The notes beneath the pieces are model-generated. The model did no database searches. It had not been told where the DNA came from and saw only the letters and a list, made by a program, of their open reading frames with translations. DNA of 63,026 nt, the filler included, from Octopus bimaculoides (Eukaryota): NCBI RefSeq assembly GCF_001194135.2. It is 9 parts of 8 records of this genome, joined end to end, with 100 filler letters (N's around TTAATTAATTAA, not from the genome) between each part and the next. Parts side by side here need not be neighbours in the genome. Positions count along the whole stretch, not along the records: positions 1 to 8,151 come from NC_068988.1; positions 8,252 to 15,485 come from NC_069007.1; 7 more parts are not named here. The stretch is one strand, 5' to 3'. Positions 1-12,618 of the stretch are shown here, piece by piece (positions within the stretch are counted from its first letter, which is position 1; each line of letters starts with the position of its first letter). The translations under genes were made by a program, and so were the position numbers.

Positions 1-35
<35 letters not shown>

Positions 36-1649
36 GATATATGTACACATATACATATATATATAGATATAGGTATACATATGTATGTGCGTGTGGGCAT
101 GTGTGTGTGCGTGTATGCCATCGGCTTCTTTTAGTTTCCATCAGCCAAATCCACTCACAAATTTTCTGTCTGAATTATTAATGTTGCCCCTACTGATAAA
201 TCAATGTTAGATCCTTTTTGAGTGTGCGCAGTACATCTGTATAGCATGACGCGGAATTACAGAAAAAAGGAAGTAGAATTGCTGTGATGTTTTTATATTT
301 GTCAAAACGTAATCGAAGTAAACTTGTGCCAAACGTAAGCCAAAATGGGGTCATGGTCTTGTGACTCGCCAGAAGTTGATTTCTTACTCTACAGCAATCG
401 CCACTGCTCACTGATCGATAATGCACAGAAAACGATATAATTTGTCAGAGATAGATTCGCAATATCTTTCATTCGTTTTTCATTTCCTTTTCCGTTTTTT
501 TTTTTTTGTTGTTGCTTTTTTTTTACCCCGGCACCAACCATGATTGAAATTAGAATCCCAGAAATTTAGTAAAACAACGCCAAAAAAGACAAAAAAAAAT
601 ACATTGAAAGAAATAAAAGATATAGAACAAATAATAAGAAAAATACGGAAAATAAAATAAAAAGTAAAATTAAGCAGCAATAAAAAAAAAGTCCTGCCAA
701 CTTTATCAGTTCATTAGTAACACAAACACTAAGGATGCCTTTGATATTTCACGTGAAGGATGAGTTTTCTTTGACACCCGCGGCACTTCAATGCTTTCTC
801 TTTAATTAAATATCCTGCAACATCCATCAAATGGAATTGGTTTNNNNNNNNNNNNNNNNNNNNNNNNNNNNNNNNNNNNNNNNNNNNNNNNNNNNNNNNN
901 NNNNNNNNNNNNNNNNNNNNNNNNNNNNNNNNNNNNNNNNNNNNNNNNNNNNNNNNNNNNNNNNNNNNNNNNNNNNNNNNNNNNNNNNNNNNNNNNNNNN
1001 NNNNNNNNNNNNNNNNNNNNNNNNNNNNNNNNNNNNNNNNNNNNNNNNNNNNNNNNNNNNNNNNNNNNNNNNNNNNNNNNNNNNNNNNNNNNNNNNNNNN
1101 NNNNNNNNNNNNNNNNNNNNNNNNNNNNNNNNNNNNNNNNNNNNNNNNNNNNNNNNNNNNNNNNNNNNNNNNNNNNNNNNNNNNNNNNNNNNNNNNNNNN
1201 NNNNNNNNNNNNNNNNNNNNNNNNNNNNNNNNNNNNNNNNNNNNNNNNNNNNNNNNNNNNNNNNNNNNNNNNNNNNNNNNNNNNNNNNNNNNNNNNNNNN
1301 NNNNNNNNNNNNNNNNNNNNNNNNNNNNNNNNNNNNNNNNNNNNNNNNNNNNNNNNNNNNNNNNNNNNNNNNNNNNNNNNNNNNNNNNNNNNNNNNNNNN
1401 NNNNNNNNNNNNNNNNNNNNNNNNNNNNNNNNNNNNNNNNNNNNNNNNNNNNNNNNNNNNNNNNNNNNNNNNNNNNNNNNNNNNNNNNNNNNNNNNNNNN
1501 NNNNNNNNNNNNNNNNNNNNNNNNNNNNNNNNNNNNNNNNNNNNNNNNNNNNNNNNNNNNNNNNNNNNNNNNNNNNNNNNNNNNNNNNNNNNNNNNNTAT
1601 ATATATATACGTATATATATACATACATATAATATGATATATATATATG

Positions 1650-1683
<34 letters not shown>

Positions 1684-2859
1684 TGTATGTATACATACAC
1701 ACGCACATAGACATATAAGTACGAATGCATACGGGTATTATGTACGTATGTATGTGTACACGCAGAGGAAAACACACGCCGATTGTCTTCTACACTCACA
1801 TGACAACATGCACATCCAGCTACACTGTGATATTTACAACACCTTACGATCATGAGATCTCAAGTTTTATTTCAATACATATATTTACTATTCTAGCTCC
1901 TGGCCCTGGTAGTAACATTCATCCTTTGTTAAGCAAGGATAATCAATATATGTGTAGCATGTGTGAATGTGTATGTGTGTGTGAGTTTGTGTGGATGTGT
2001 GTGTGGATAAGTTTGTGTCTGCCTGTGTATGCCTACTTGGAAACATTGTAATTGTGCCTGTGTGTCAGAAAAGCGTGTCTTTCTCCTATGTGTGAGAGAG
2101 TCTCTGGTTTTATAGGTGCGCATGTGTTTGTGCTTGTGTCACGTTTACCAGTTTCTATTATAATATTTTGCCTTTTCCTGTTTTTTACTGCCAGACAAAC
2201 GAGCGTGATTTTGCTCATGATGGCAAAGGGAGATAATCCTGAGACATAGATTATTGTTAAACGAAATCAAACTAAAAATGTATTTCTAAAGAAAAATATT
2301 ATTTTTTGGATTTCCTCGAATGTATGCTTAAAAAACTTCGATATTTTATATATATTTTCCAGTTTCATAAATTCAAGGTTTTCTGGGCTGCGTGCAGTTT
2401 CCAGGATGGATATATAGATGAAACTTTGTTATATCAATTACTGCTCTCTGATAGGATTGTACTCAGATTAGTTACTTTTACTGTATTTCTATCACTCTTC
2501 GATTTGTACCTAATGGTCTCAGCATGTATACCACTGCATAGATCAACTTTGCGATACTTATTGTTTAGTTTAAGTTAGCAATTCCAGTCCAGATTTTCAT
2601 TAAAGCTGTTGGAGCTGATTTGCAGTGAACACTAATAAATGTTGTATCATAGGTACCCTTTTTATCTTAAAACATATTCAGCCAATAAAACTTCTGTGTT
2701 TGAGCAGGTTTGTTTTGTGGAATCACCATGCCGGCTATGTAGTTTTTTTGGGAAATAAGTCGTCGACTGTTTTCACCTACTTAGTTTCGCCCCTAAAATT
2801 GGTATATCCAAAACTGAGCACCCCCGAACCTTATAAGTATTTATATTTTTGTTATTAAA

Positions 2860-3004
2860 CTAGAATGAATACGTTGCAGCCCGGCCCTTTACTAGTTTCA
2901 CACCGTTAATTTCATCATTAATGCCTACCGGTATTGTAAACAATACTTCAGAATCCGTTTGGCACTTGTCAGCAAACTGTAGATCGGCGTCCAAGAACTG
3001 ATCG
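2860..3004 (-). CDS. Unnamed gene, last coding exon (DQFLDADLQFADKCQTDSEVLFTIPVGINDEINGVKLVKGRAATYSF*)
   Basis: Acceptor ggttttcatag|; 19 of 47 codons start with G (coding-like); TAG at 2860-2862; part of supplied ORF 2860..3081. Confidence 0.6.
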
Positions 3005-3464
3005 CTATGAAAACCAATATATTTCCATTTAGTCGACTCTGGAAACAGCGATACTGTATCAGGATAGTGGCTTATATTCATTTTAAATGAAGCAAGCTGT
3101 CACGAATTGTCAACTAGAGTAACAAAACAAGTATTACTGGTCTCTGAATTAAACGCATGGTTAAAGACATTTCATTTGTTATTCTTCTCTCATTTGCTCT
3201 GACGTCAACCTTATTTTTTTTGTAACAATTTGGATCTTTTTTATAGTTATATAGTTATGCTGTTAATTTCTGTTGCTATGTTAAAATGAATCTGCGTTGT
3301 CCATCGTTAAGATTTACGTGGAGTAATATGATAAAACAGCAGCAATATTTCCGATGACTAATACAATTATCTGCTTAGTTGTGGATGCATTCTGCACATA
3401 CATGTTTTTTTAAACCACAAACATTTATAATCTTCATTTCACAATAATGTGCATGCCACCAGTG

Positions 3465-3910
3465 GGGAGGGGGAGATGGCAGAATCGTTAACACCACGGG
3501 CAAAATACTTAGCAGCATTTCCTCCGACATTACGTTCTGTGTTCAAATTCTGCCGAGGTCGAATTTGCATCTGTCCTTTTGGAGTTGATAAGCACCTTTT
3601 GAACACTGGGATCGATGTAATCGACATATCCACTCCCGGCAACTTGCTGGCCTTTCGCCAAAAATTGAAACGAATATTATGTATGCTATGAGGGCAGGGT
3701 GCTGGCAGTAGTCGTTAACATGCCGGGCAAAATGCTTTGCGGTATTTCGCCTGTCTTACGTTCTGAACTCTAAATTCCGTCGAGGTTGCATTTACATTTC
3801 ATCCTTTAGTAGTTGACAGAATAAGTGCCAGCTGAGTACTGGGGTCGATGTAATTGACTTACCCCCCCCCCAAATTGCTGGCCTTGTGCCAAAATTTGAA
3901 ATCAATATTA
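3465..3910 (+). mobile_element. Two tandem copies of SINE family A
   Basis: ggcagaatcgtta..gttcaaattc..gaggtcga..ttcatcctt..ggggtcgatgtaat pattern, repeated across the window. Confidence 0.75.
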
Positions 3911-4261
3911 TGCATGCCATCATATTTTTCGTTTTAAGCTTAAGAACTTCAAAAACTTTCAAAACAGTTTGAAATGATTTGTTTCTTTGAAGTTTTAATC
4001 ACTAACAAATCAGTTCTATTTGATATTATTAGGTATCGAAGTATGCTGAGAGTCGTATTTCGTTATTTCTAACATGAATAAAACAAGTGTTTCAGTTATA
4101 ATTTGTTTTGGGCTCCATATTTGCATTTCTAAAATGAAAACAATGATGGCGGTGCTAACATTATTTGGAAGTCTTATTTTATAACCGCCAACATTTCTCC
4201 CCAGCCTTTAAAATACACGGTTCTAGCTCTCTCTATACCTCCTGTTATATAGCTTTCTCAT

Positions 4262-4668
4262 AGACATAAGTGTGTAGCAAGAAGTTTGCTACCACACCGC
4301 ATGGTTCCGGGTTCAGTCCCACTATATGGTACCTTGGACAAGTGTCTCCTACTATAGCCTCGAGCCGACATAAGCCCTGTGAGTGAATTTGATAGACAGA
4401 AACTGAAGACATCCGTCGTGTGTGTGTGCACGCGCGCGTCTCTATGCGTGTTTGACCCACACCGCCACTTGACGACCGGTGTGTGTGTGTGTGTGTGTGT
4501 GTGTGTCCACATTCCTGTAACTTGGCGGTTCTGGAAGAGAAAACGATAGAATAAGAATCCGTATTTAAAACAATATAAGTAGTGAGATAAATTTATGTAA
4601 CTAAAAATCCTTAAAGGCAATGCCCCAGCATGGCCGCAGGCTAATGACTGAAACAATAAAAGATAAAA
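4262..4668 (+). mobile_element. SINE family B (tRNA head, CORE-like accttgggcaag, internal TA/TG tract)
   Basis: catggttccgggttcagtccc; ccagcatggccgcag..aaatgactgaaac 3' end; many copies in the window. Confidence 0.75.
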
Positions 4669-4759
4669 GGAACGTACATGCTCATTTTTAAGGCAATAAA
4701 AGTGTTATTTGACGGAGATGTGACTGCTATTTCTAATATGGTAGTGACTTTATTTGTAC

Positions 4760-4821
4760 CCTAATCCTATCATATAACAAGAACCGAACCACAGTAAAAT
4801 TTCGTTTATCTGCGACACCAG
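4760..4821 (-). CDS. Unnamed gene, penultimate exon (LVSQINEILLWFGSCYMIGL(G))
   Basis: Acceptor ttactacgttacatacag|; donor G|gtacaa; the phase 0 to 2 frame joins the last exon (a phase 1 to 0 frame is also open). Confidence 0.5.
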
Positions 4822-5190
4822 CTGTATGTAACGTAGTAATTAAATATTCAATACATGTAGTAATTAAGAAAATATTGTAAAATATGGCTGACATTCTGAT
4901 CAATAATATTATCGTTATTAATTATAATTGATTAGTTAATATTGATTTGTGTATTTAATGAGATTCGATCTCATTGACATGTCTGGCAAGGTGGCTAGTG
5001 TAATAGGACTAAATATATTGCAATACAGGTCGGTGGACTTGTATTATAGTAGCAAACTATTAATAATATAACTAATAATAATAATAATAATGACGATGAT
5101 GGTGCTGATAATGATGATGATGATGGTAATACGAAGTTGATGATGGTGAGGTAGAAGAGAATCGTTTTCATTTTAACGGCATACCAGTTA

Positions 5191-5348
5191 GAGCTCCTAA
5201 AGAAAGTTTGCGTCTTAAGGACAGCAAGGATTATCAGGAAGGTTCTAATCACATGAAAGACTGCCGAAGACAGGTAGTAACCCGCTGTCTGCAAAAACCC
5301 TACCAGGAATAAAACTGAACTTGAGCCGCAACAAAACAATAATAACAA
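5191..5348 (+). mobile_element. R4/Dong-type LINE 3' end
   Basis: LRTARIIRKVLIT* followed by short UTR and AAT tail. Confidence 0.65.
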
Positions 5349-5349
5349 T

Positions 5350-6090
5350 ATTTAATTCTTTTATTGGCCACAGGGGTTAATAAAAAGATACATTAAAGAA
5401 CATGACACAAACATAAACAACAACATAGGACGATACAATGTTTTTTAACGCGTATAAATAGTAAAAAACAATGAAAATTAAACAATGAATCTCCCAATAG
5501 GACCTCGTGGAAAAACTCACAAAAGCAACGGGTACCTGATCAACAGGGCAAGAGCCCTTCTTTTATTTCTTTACAGGTGTATGCTCAGAATTTATCATTT
5601 CACACTGGACATTCTTCCAACATTCACTCACCTTTAAACAAACTTGCTAGAAGGCATCACTTCCTTCTCCACCCTCAACTTCATTTTCAAGCGAAACTTG
5701 AAACGGTTGATGAGGGTTTGGCCAAAGAGGAAAGTGTCTGACTTTAGCCCTTTCAAACAAGTCTACCATGCTACCACTTCCGCTGCATCCACCGAACAAA
5801 TAAAACCTGCCTGCCTTTCCCGGCCAAAGGCAATCTTCACTATAGATTCAGCTGATAGCCAGATCCGTCCTACACGCGACAGCACGTGTTCGACATAAAC
5901 CCACAGGTCGGCAATGCTCGAGCACTGGACTAGGGCGTGAAGAACGGTTTCGTTGCTCTGCGTGCGCCTTGGGCAGGACCGGGTGACGGAACGTCCGTGC
6001 TTGGAAAGTTTATCCCGAACGAGCAGCGCCCCTCGGTGCAGCTTCAAGCAAGGGATTTCTGGAAGTTGTCCATAGGCCCAGACCCGAATG
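5350..6090 (-). mobile_element. L1/Tx1-type LINE 3' end (zf-RVT region + 3' UTR)
   Basis: LLVRDKL...SCPR..QSNETVLHALVQC..I.DLW..VE; AATAAA near the 3' end followed by an (AAT)-type tail. Confidence 0.8.
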
Positions 6091-6282
6091 TTCTCCGAAA
6101 CAGACTGTGAAATCCTTAGAAATAGCCTACAATCTAGGTGAATTGCAAAAGTTGGCATTACTTCAAACTGCACGCATATTGCATAAAGTACTGTCTGTCT
6201 AAGGTCCTTGTTGTAACTTGACAAACAGTACAAACTCCCAGCAGACATAATATCTTCAATCAACAGCCTACTGTGCGACACC

Positions 6283-6359
<77 letters not shown>

Positions 6360-6361
<2 letters not shown>

Positions 6362-6900
6362 GCCCTGTTACAGTACCAAGCAGTGGCTCTATTGGCTTCT
6401 GATCTTAACTGATTAGAAGTGATTTCATGTACATTGTTTTGTCTTGGTATAAAAGATGGACTACAGCAAATATTCTATGCAACACCACAGATTTCATTGT
6501 TAGTTGCTTGACCATAGCCCTAACGCTAACTCTAACGTTTCTTTGTGGGTGACGATATGTGCATCTCTGATCACGAGCAGAAGTAGTAGTCATAGTCATA
6601 TGCTGAGAGGATTTCACCTCTGAAAACATGGATGTTTCGTTCAACTTCCTTAAGTAACCCTTATTCAGGGACCTTTTGAGCGAGATGGGCCACTCGACCT
6701 GAAGAAAATTCTAACTAGGCCCCATCTGCAAGATCATGCGCTGTTTGTCTTGATATAAAATCAGCATGTTGCGCACATATGGTTATGATGCATGTGCTTG
6801 GTGTACCCTTATCAGACGGGTAGTCATGATGGGTATATTGGGCTTCGTATATTTATAGCCCAGTGTCACTTTCATGACATGCACTGCTCTTTCACTTAAT
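6360..6900 (+). mobile_element. Non-coding ~540-bp interspersed element, copy 1, between (TAA)n tracts
   Basis: Colinear with 7135-7630; both end gcactgctct(c/t)tcact(c/t)aataat. Confidence 0.7.
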
Positions 6901-6919
6901 AATTACAACAATTATAATA

Positions 6920-7125
6920 CAGAAAATTTGTCTCTTAGAGATAGCAAGGATTATCAGGATGGTTCTTAGCTCTTGAAAGACTACTGAAAATTAGTGGATA
7001 ACTGAGGTTACAGCTTGTAAACCGCTATCCTCATAATTCCTACCAGGAATAAGACCGAACATGTGCCAAACCAAAATAATACTAATAATAATAATAATAA
7101 TAATAATAATATTAATAATAATAAT
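6920..7125 (+). mobile_element. R4/Dong-type LINE 3' end (second copy)
   Basis: agcaaggattatcagga..., cctaccaggaataa similar to 5191-5348; (TAA)n tail. Confidence 0.55.
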
Positions 7126-7134
7126 AATAATAAT

Positions 7135-7628
7135 ATATCATGTACTTTTTTTTGTCTTGGTATAAAAGATGGGCTACAATAAATATTCTGCTCAATACCA
7201 CAGATTTGCTTGCCAGTTGTTTGACCTTAACAAGTTGAGCATGTCCCTTAGTGGCTGACGATATGTGCATCTCTGATCACGAGCAGAAGTAGTGGCGGAA
7301 CATCATAGCCATGTGTTGAGAGGAGTTCTTTGGGGTTTGAATAATTTACCTTTGGAAACATGGGTGTTTTGCTCAACATTCTTAAACAAACCTTATTCAG
7401 GGACCTTTTGAGCGGGATGGGCTACTCAACCTGAAGAAAATTCTAACTGGGCCCCACCTGCGAGGTCATGCGCTGTTTATCTTGATATGAGATCACCATG
7501 TCGCGCACATATGGCTGTGATACATGTGCCTGGTGTACCCTTAACAGACGGGTAGTCATGATGGGTATATTAGGCTTCGTATATTTTACCCCAGTGTCAC
7601 TTTGATGGCATGCACTGCTCTCTCACTC

Positions 7629-7630
<2 letters not shown>
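7135..7630 (+). mobile_element. Same non-coding element, copy 2 (5' shortened)
   Basis: Direct similarity to 6420-6900; followed by (TAA)n. Confidence 0.7.
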
Positions 7631-7677
<47 letters not shown>

Positions 7678-8078
7678 TTAATAATAACAATAATACAAGG
7701 AAGGAGGAGGAGGAGAGGGGGAGGAGGAGGAGGGGGAGGAGGAAGAGAATATTGATGATAATGTCGATGATAAAATAGATGAACATGAGGGTAACAGTGA
7801 AAATGGGTGTGATGATGGTGATGATTAAAAGGAGGATGCTGCTGATGATGATGAGGGAGAGGAGAAGGTAGAGGAGAAAGTTACAGGAGATTATTTTTAT
7901 TATGATTCCGGAAATTAGCATGGTGATAATGGTGATAGGTTAGAGGAGACGCATTATCACCATCACCATCATCATCACATTTAGTAGTAGTAGTAGTAGT
8001 AGTAGTAGTTTTGTTGATGGGATCTAAAAAACATTTATATATACAGTCAGACACACTCACACACACACGTATATATAC

Positions 8079-8151
<73 letters not shown>

Positions 8152-8271
8152 NNNNNNNNNNNNNNNNNNNNNNNNNNNNNNNNNNNNNNNNNNNNTTAAT
8201 TAATTAANNNNNNNNNNNNNNNNNNNNNNNNNNNNNNNNNNNNNNNNNNNNATATATATATATATATATAT

Positions 8272-10484
8272 ATAAAGGTTCGGGTTACTAACTCCCCCAA
8301 ATTACACATATTTTCTGATAAAACAGGAAATATGTATCCCATCACCATAGAGGAGTACAATAAATTCGTTAGAAACGAGCTCAACAGATCCTACAAACTA
8401 GCATCAACATCTGCTTTGAATGACGTCAACACCATCCACTGCAAACTCATGAGGAAACTACACGTGGACGACAGAACAGAACCGTACTGCCTAGCACCTC
8501 CACACTTCAACCTCAAGGATCATAAGAAGGATTTTATCACAAAACCGTCTTATACGCCTAATATGCCCTACCAAATCCGACCTCGGAAGGGTCAGCAAAA
8601 ATATTCTGGACAAAATAATACCTGTTATCAAAGAGAAATTAAACACTAATCTATGGTACCATACTGGGGAGGTCATTACATGGTTTCACACCTTGGATAA
8701 CAAAAACTCTTTTTCATTCCTTCAATTTGATATAAACAACTACTACTCCTCTATCTTTCCTAATCTTCTTAATAAGGCTATTCTTTTCGCTAGGAATTTT
8801 ACTAGCATAACCCCACTAGAAATCAACATAATACTTAATGAACGCAAAACACTTATATCCTTCGAAAACAAACTCTGGTGCCGAGCTAACCAACATAATA
8901 ATAACTGTAACAACTTATTCGATGTAACCATGGGATCATCCGATTCCGCTCAGGCCACTGATTTAGTTGGGTTATATGTACTTCACCAATTGCGCTCACA
9001 TTTCCTTAATATCCGCAGAGGTCTATATAGGGATGATGCCTTATTACTTACCAAGGCCACTAATAAATCTTCTCTGGAAAGGACTAGAAAAGATCTACAC
9101 AAATTCTTCTCTAATCTAAATCTATCCATCACATTTGAAAGCGCATATAAAACGGCTAACTTTCTAGACGTTACTCTAAACTTGTCAAACTCACAATACT
9201 TCCCCGATCATAAACCTAACCAATACCTGAAATACCTCAACGTTCGCTCTAATCACCACATATCTACTTTCGATAACATAGTCATGGGTATTTCAACCCG
9301 CATATCTCATCTATCGTCTTCCGAAGAAATCTTTAACAATCACGCTCCATACTACAATCAAGCCCTCACCGCTAGTGGTTTCTCCCAACAAATAAAATAC
9401 ATCCATAACACCAGACTTAAACAATTTATATCCCAAATCACATCCCAAAGACATACCAATCATCACAACTGCAACCAACCATCCACATATTGCAACAGAC
9501 CCCACAAACACACTTATAACACTAGGGCTAAATCGAAGATAAATAAAGCAATTAACAACACCAAAAATGTGGACAACTATTCTCCACCTAAATACTTAGA
9601 TTACAACATACACAGAACCCCCCCAAAAAGTGGTGACCGCGCTATACTGTGGTACACCCCACCATTCTCACTTAGCTAAATCTTTCTTCGAAATACTTGA
9701 CTCTAACTTCCCCCGACAACATAAATACCATTCTATATTTAACAGATCCACTTTGAAATTGTCTTATTCAACCACGCCTAGCTTAGATTCTATTATAGCA
9801 ACTTCTAATAAACATAAACTCTCACTCTATTATCAAAACTCACACAACTATAACTATGGTAATACTAGCACTCAGCGCATGCATACACCCAACATAGACA
9901 TCTAACACTGACACTCGTACACTTGCACACGACCATAATAGATCCCAGCCCACTAATATACCCGGAAATAATACTACTATTTCCTATAATAATAACAATG
10001 GAGGGAATAATAACTATAACAGTAATGATTTCATTGATCTAGATTCTTCTACATCCTCACACAACATATCCTCCAACAACACGGCCTCATCCACCACAGA
10101 ACACAACCCCCAAGTTTCATCTATTTGTAACTGTCGCTTCGGGACAATCTTCCCNNNNNNNNNNCCACAGAACACAACCCCCAAGTTTCATCTATTTGTA
10201 ACTGTCGCTTCGGGACAATCTTCCCGCTACAAACGCATTGCGTAAGATATAACGTAATATATAAATACACTGTAACCAATCTGCTACATAACTCTACAGC
10301 TGCATACATAGGTTCAACTAAAGATTTCAAGCAACGCTATGCAGCCCACCTTCACTCTTTTAGATACGCCAAACACAGCAAATCTACAACACTAGCCAAC
10401 CACATTCACCACCTCAAAAACACAAATACCCAGTATACTTTAAAATGGTCCATTCTGGACTCTGGAATTCCATACCAGGGCTAG
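8272..10484 (+). mobile_element. Decayed Penelope-like retroelement, Naiad-type (RT + C-terminal GIY-YIG endonuclease)
   Basis: DKTGNMY, NLKDHK, QFDINNYYSSI, FDVTMGSSDSAQATDLVGLYVL, GLYRDD, NFLDVTL, WYTPPFS. Endonuclease 10197-10484: CNCR...NVIYK...AYIGST..FKQRY..H..SFR...ST.LANHI. Frameshifts present. Confidence 0.88.
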
Positions 10485-10489
10485 CGCTG

Positions 10490-10860
10490 GTATACACTTT
10501 CATCCTCCGCAAAAAATTCCAAATTTTATTTAATTTGCTTGTGGGAAGGACTGTTCCAACGAAGTCACGTATTGTCCTTTCCTTCGAAACGTGGAGTAGA
10601 TGGAGCAGGGACAACTGAAGGGTAATATTCTTTATGTTGCATGTCTCGTTCCTCTGTTTGTTTTTTTCGTTGTTCGAAAAAAAAGTTTGTTTTCTGTCCT
10701 TGTCTTTATGTTTTCATTTCTCATTGTGTTTAACATTTTTTGTGATGTCCTGTACCCATATATGCTTGTATGTATACATATAGATGTAGGTATGTACATA
10801 TATGTATGGATATATGCATATATGTATATATTATTTACGCTATTATATATTTTCATTTTT
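10490..10860. repeat. Interspersed repeat family (also 12455-12610, 32500-32660)
   Basis: Shared cctgtaccc..atatgc..tagatgtag block and (ct)gatgaaggg-like segment. Confidence 0.6.
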
Positions 10861-11127
10861 CATTTTATCTAGTTTCAGCTCATGAGCTGTGGCCATGCTG
10901 GGGCACCGCCATTTATATATATATATATATATATCCCTCTCTCACTCTCTGGGAGAAAGGCACAAGCACATGCAGACATATACACACACGGCAGTAACTT
11001 CTGCCTACCAAATTCAATCACAAGGCATATATATATATATATATGCTGGTATTGGAAGATGTGAGTTCTAATTCCATGGGCAGCTTTCAACTTTTCCTAT
11101 CCAAAGTTTTTTTTTTTTAACACAATA

Positions 11128-12235
11128 TGAGGTGGTACCCAAAAGTAACCGGAAATGTTCTTTTGGGGCAAGCCAGTTGTAGTTCAGACTTCTGCCACTA
11201 GGAGCCACTCTGCTGGCATCACTCTGATGTCATGCTGTCACGTGGTGCATCATTATTGTGCATCATTATTGTGCAGTGCTTCTCCCAGTTTGTCAGTTTT
11301 TGTGATGGCTGAAATGAAGGAACAGCATGCTTCTGTGAAATTCTGTTTTTTCTCTTGAGGAAACAATTGTAATTCTGCCGTGAGCAAAACACAAGTTTTA
11401 CGAGCGGTTTCCATACTTTAGGATGGTCACTTATTGCTTGTGGACCAACCTAGTTCAGAGCGACCGTCGACCTCCCGAACAAATAAAAGCATCATGAAAA
11501 TTCATGAACTGGTCTTGGAGGACCATCATCGAAGAATTGATGAACATGTTGATATGACTGGTATGTTCTGGAGCTCCTGCCAACGAATTTTGTGCGAGGA
11601 ACTGCGAATGAAAAGAGTTGCATCAAAATTTGTGCCTCACTTGTTGACGAAAGATCAAAAACAGTCACAACTGAAAGAGTAGTTGGAAGTTGGTCTAGAC
11701 CTTGTTTTGAAGGCCATGGCTGGTGATGAAAGCTGGTGCAATGGCTATGGCCTATAAATGAAGCAGCAATCAAGTCAATGGAAGCATTCAATAGTACCAC
11801 ACCCCAAAATCCTGTGTCAGGTGAAGTCCAATGTCAAGACGAAGCTGATTTGTTTCATGGATGCAAAAGGAATTGAACACACAGAATTTGTTCCTCCTGG
11901 TCAAACTGTTAACCAGATATTTTACTTGGCAGTTCTGAAATGTTTGCGAGGCACTGTGAGACGAAAATGCCCCGACCTGTGACAAAGTGAAGAGTGGTGG
12001 TTCCTTAAAGAAAAACATCCAGCTGTGGAAGAAGCAAAGAAAAAGTGACAGAGGTGTTAAAAGTTATCACTTCACAAGAGTTCCAGCATTGCTTCAAATG
12101 GTGGGAAACACATGTGGACCGATGCCTTGCCTCAAATGGAGAATACTTTGAAGATGATGAAAGGGCAAACATATAGAAATAAGTAAATAAAATAATATTG
12201 CAAAATTCTAGTTTCTTTTGGGTAACCCCCCCTCC
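11128..12235 (+). mobile_element. Defective mariner transposon with both TIRs
   Basis: TIRs tgaggtggtacccaaaagtaaccggaa / ttctagtttcttttgggtaaccccccctcc flanked by TA. Motifs KFVPHLLT, GDESW, EFVPPGQTVN..FYL; third-Asp region appears deleted. Confidence 0.9.
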
Positions 12236-12242
12236 TACTTAC

Positions 12243-12279
12243 CTGATGTTATTTATAGTTTTACTTGCTTTAAGTTTCA
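12243..12279 (-). CDS. Candidate 37-nt exon (xKLKASKTINNIx)
   Basis: ttctattttggaacag| ... CAG|gtaagt; open only as phase 1 to 2, so it needs partner exons that are not seen (gap 13217-14094). Confidence 0.35.
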
Positions 12280-12618
12280 CTGTTCCAAAATAGAATTTTA
12301 TATATATATGTATGTATATAGATGTATATATGTATATGCATATATGTATATGTACGTATGTATAGATATTCATATACGTATATACCATAAATCCCAAATT
12401 TTATTTTGGTACTTATGGGAGCAACTGTCTTTGAAGACTGATATTGTTGTTCAATGCTCGAAGTCAGGAGTAGATAGCCGACAACGGATGAAGGGTCGTT
12501 CTTTGTGTTACTTGTCCTGTTTTCCATTTGTTTCTCTCGTTGTTTGTGTATTGAACTCATTTGTTTCCGTATTTCATGTTTATTGTTGGTGACGTCCTGT
12601 ACCCATATATGCATATGT

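Noticed and set aside
2864-3001. Plus-strand terminal exon NEYVAARPFTSF...
   Set aside because: In-register antisense shadow of the minus-strand exon; its S/T/P/I-rich composition is typical of antisense frames.
8152-8250. TTAATTAATTAA embedded in N runs (also about 15530, 25956, 33826, 36814, 42182, 46948, 58287)
   Set aside because: Identical 12-mer centred in gaps; most likely a scaffolding spacer artefact, not a biological motif.
10095-10224. 60-bp direct repeat flanking a 10-N gap
   Set aside because: Typical unmerged contig overlap; likely an assembly artefact.
10197-10484. Selenoprotein (Sec) coding in the Naiad endonuclease
   Set aside because: No in-frame TGA in this stretch, and the 3' end where a SECIS would lie is missing.
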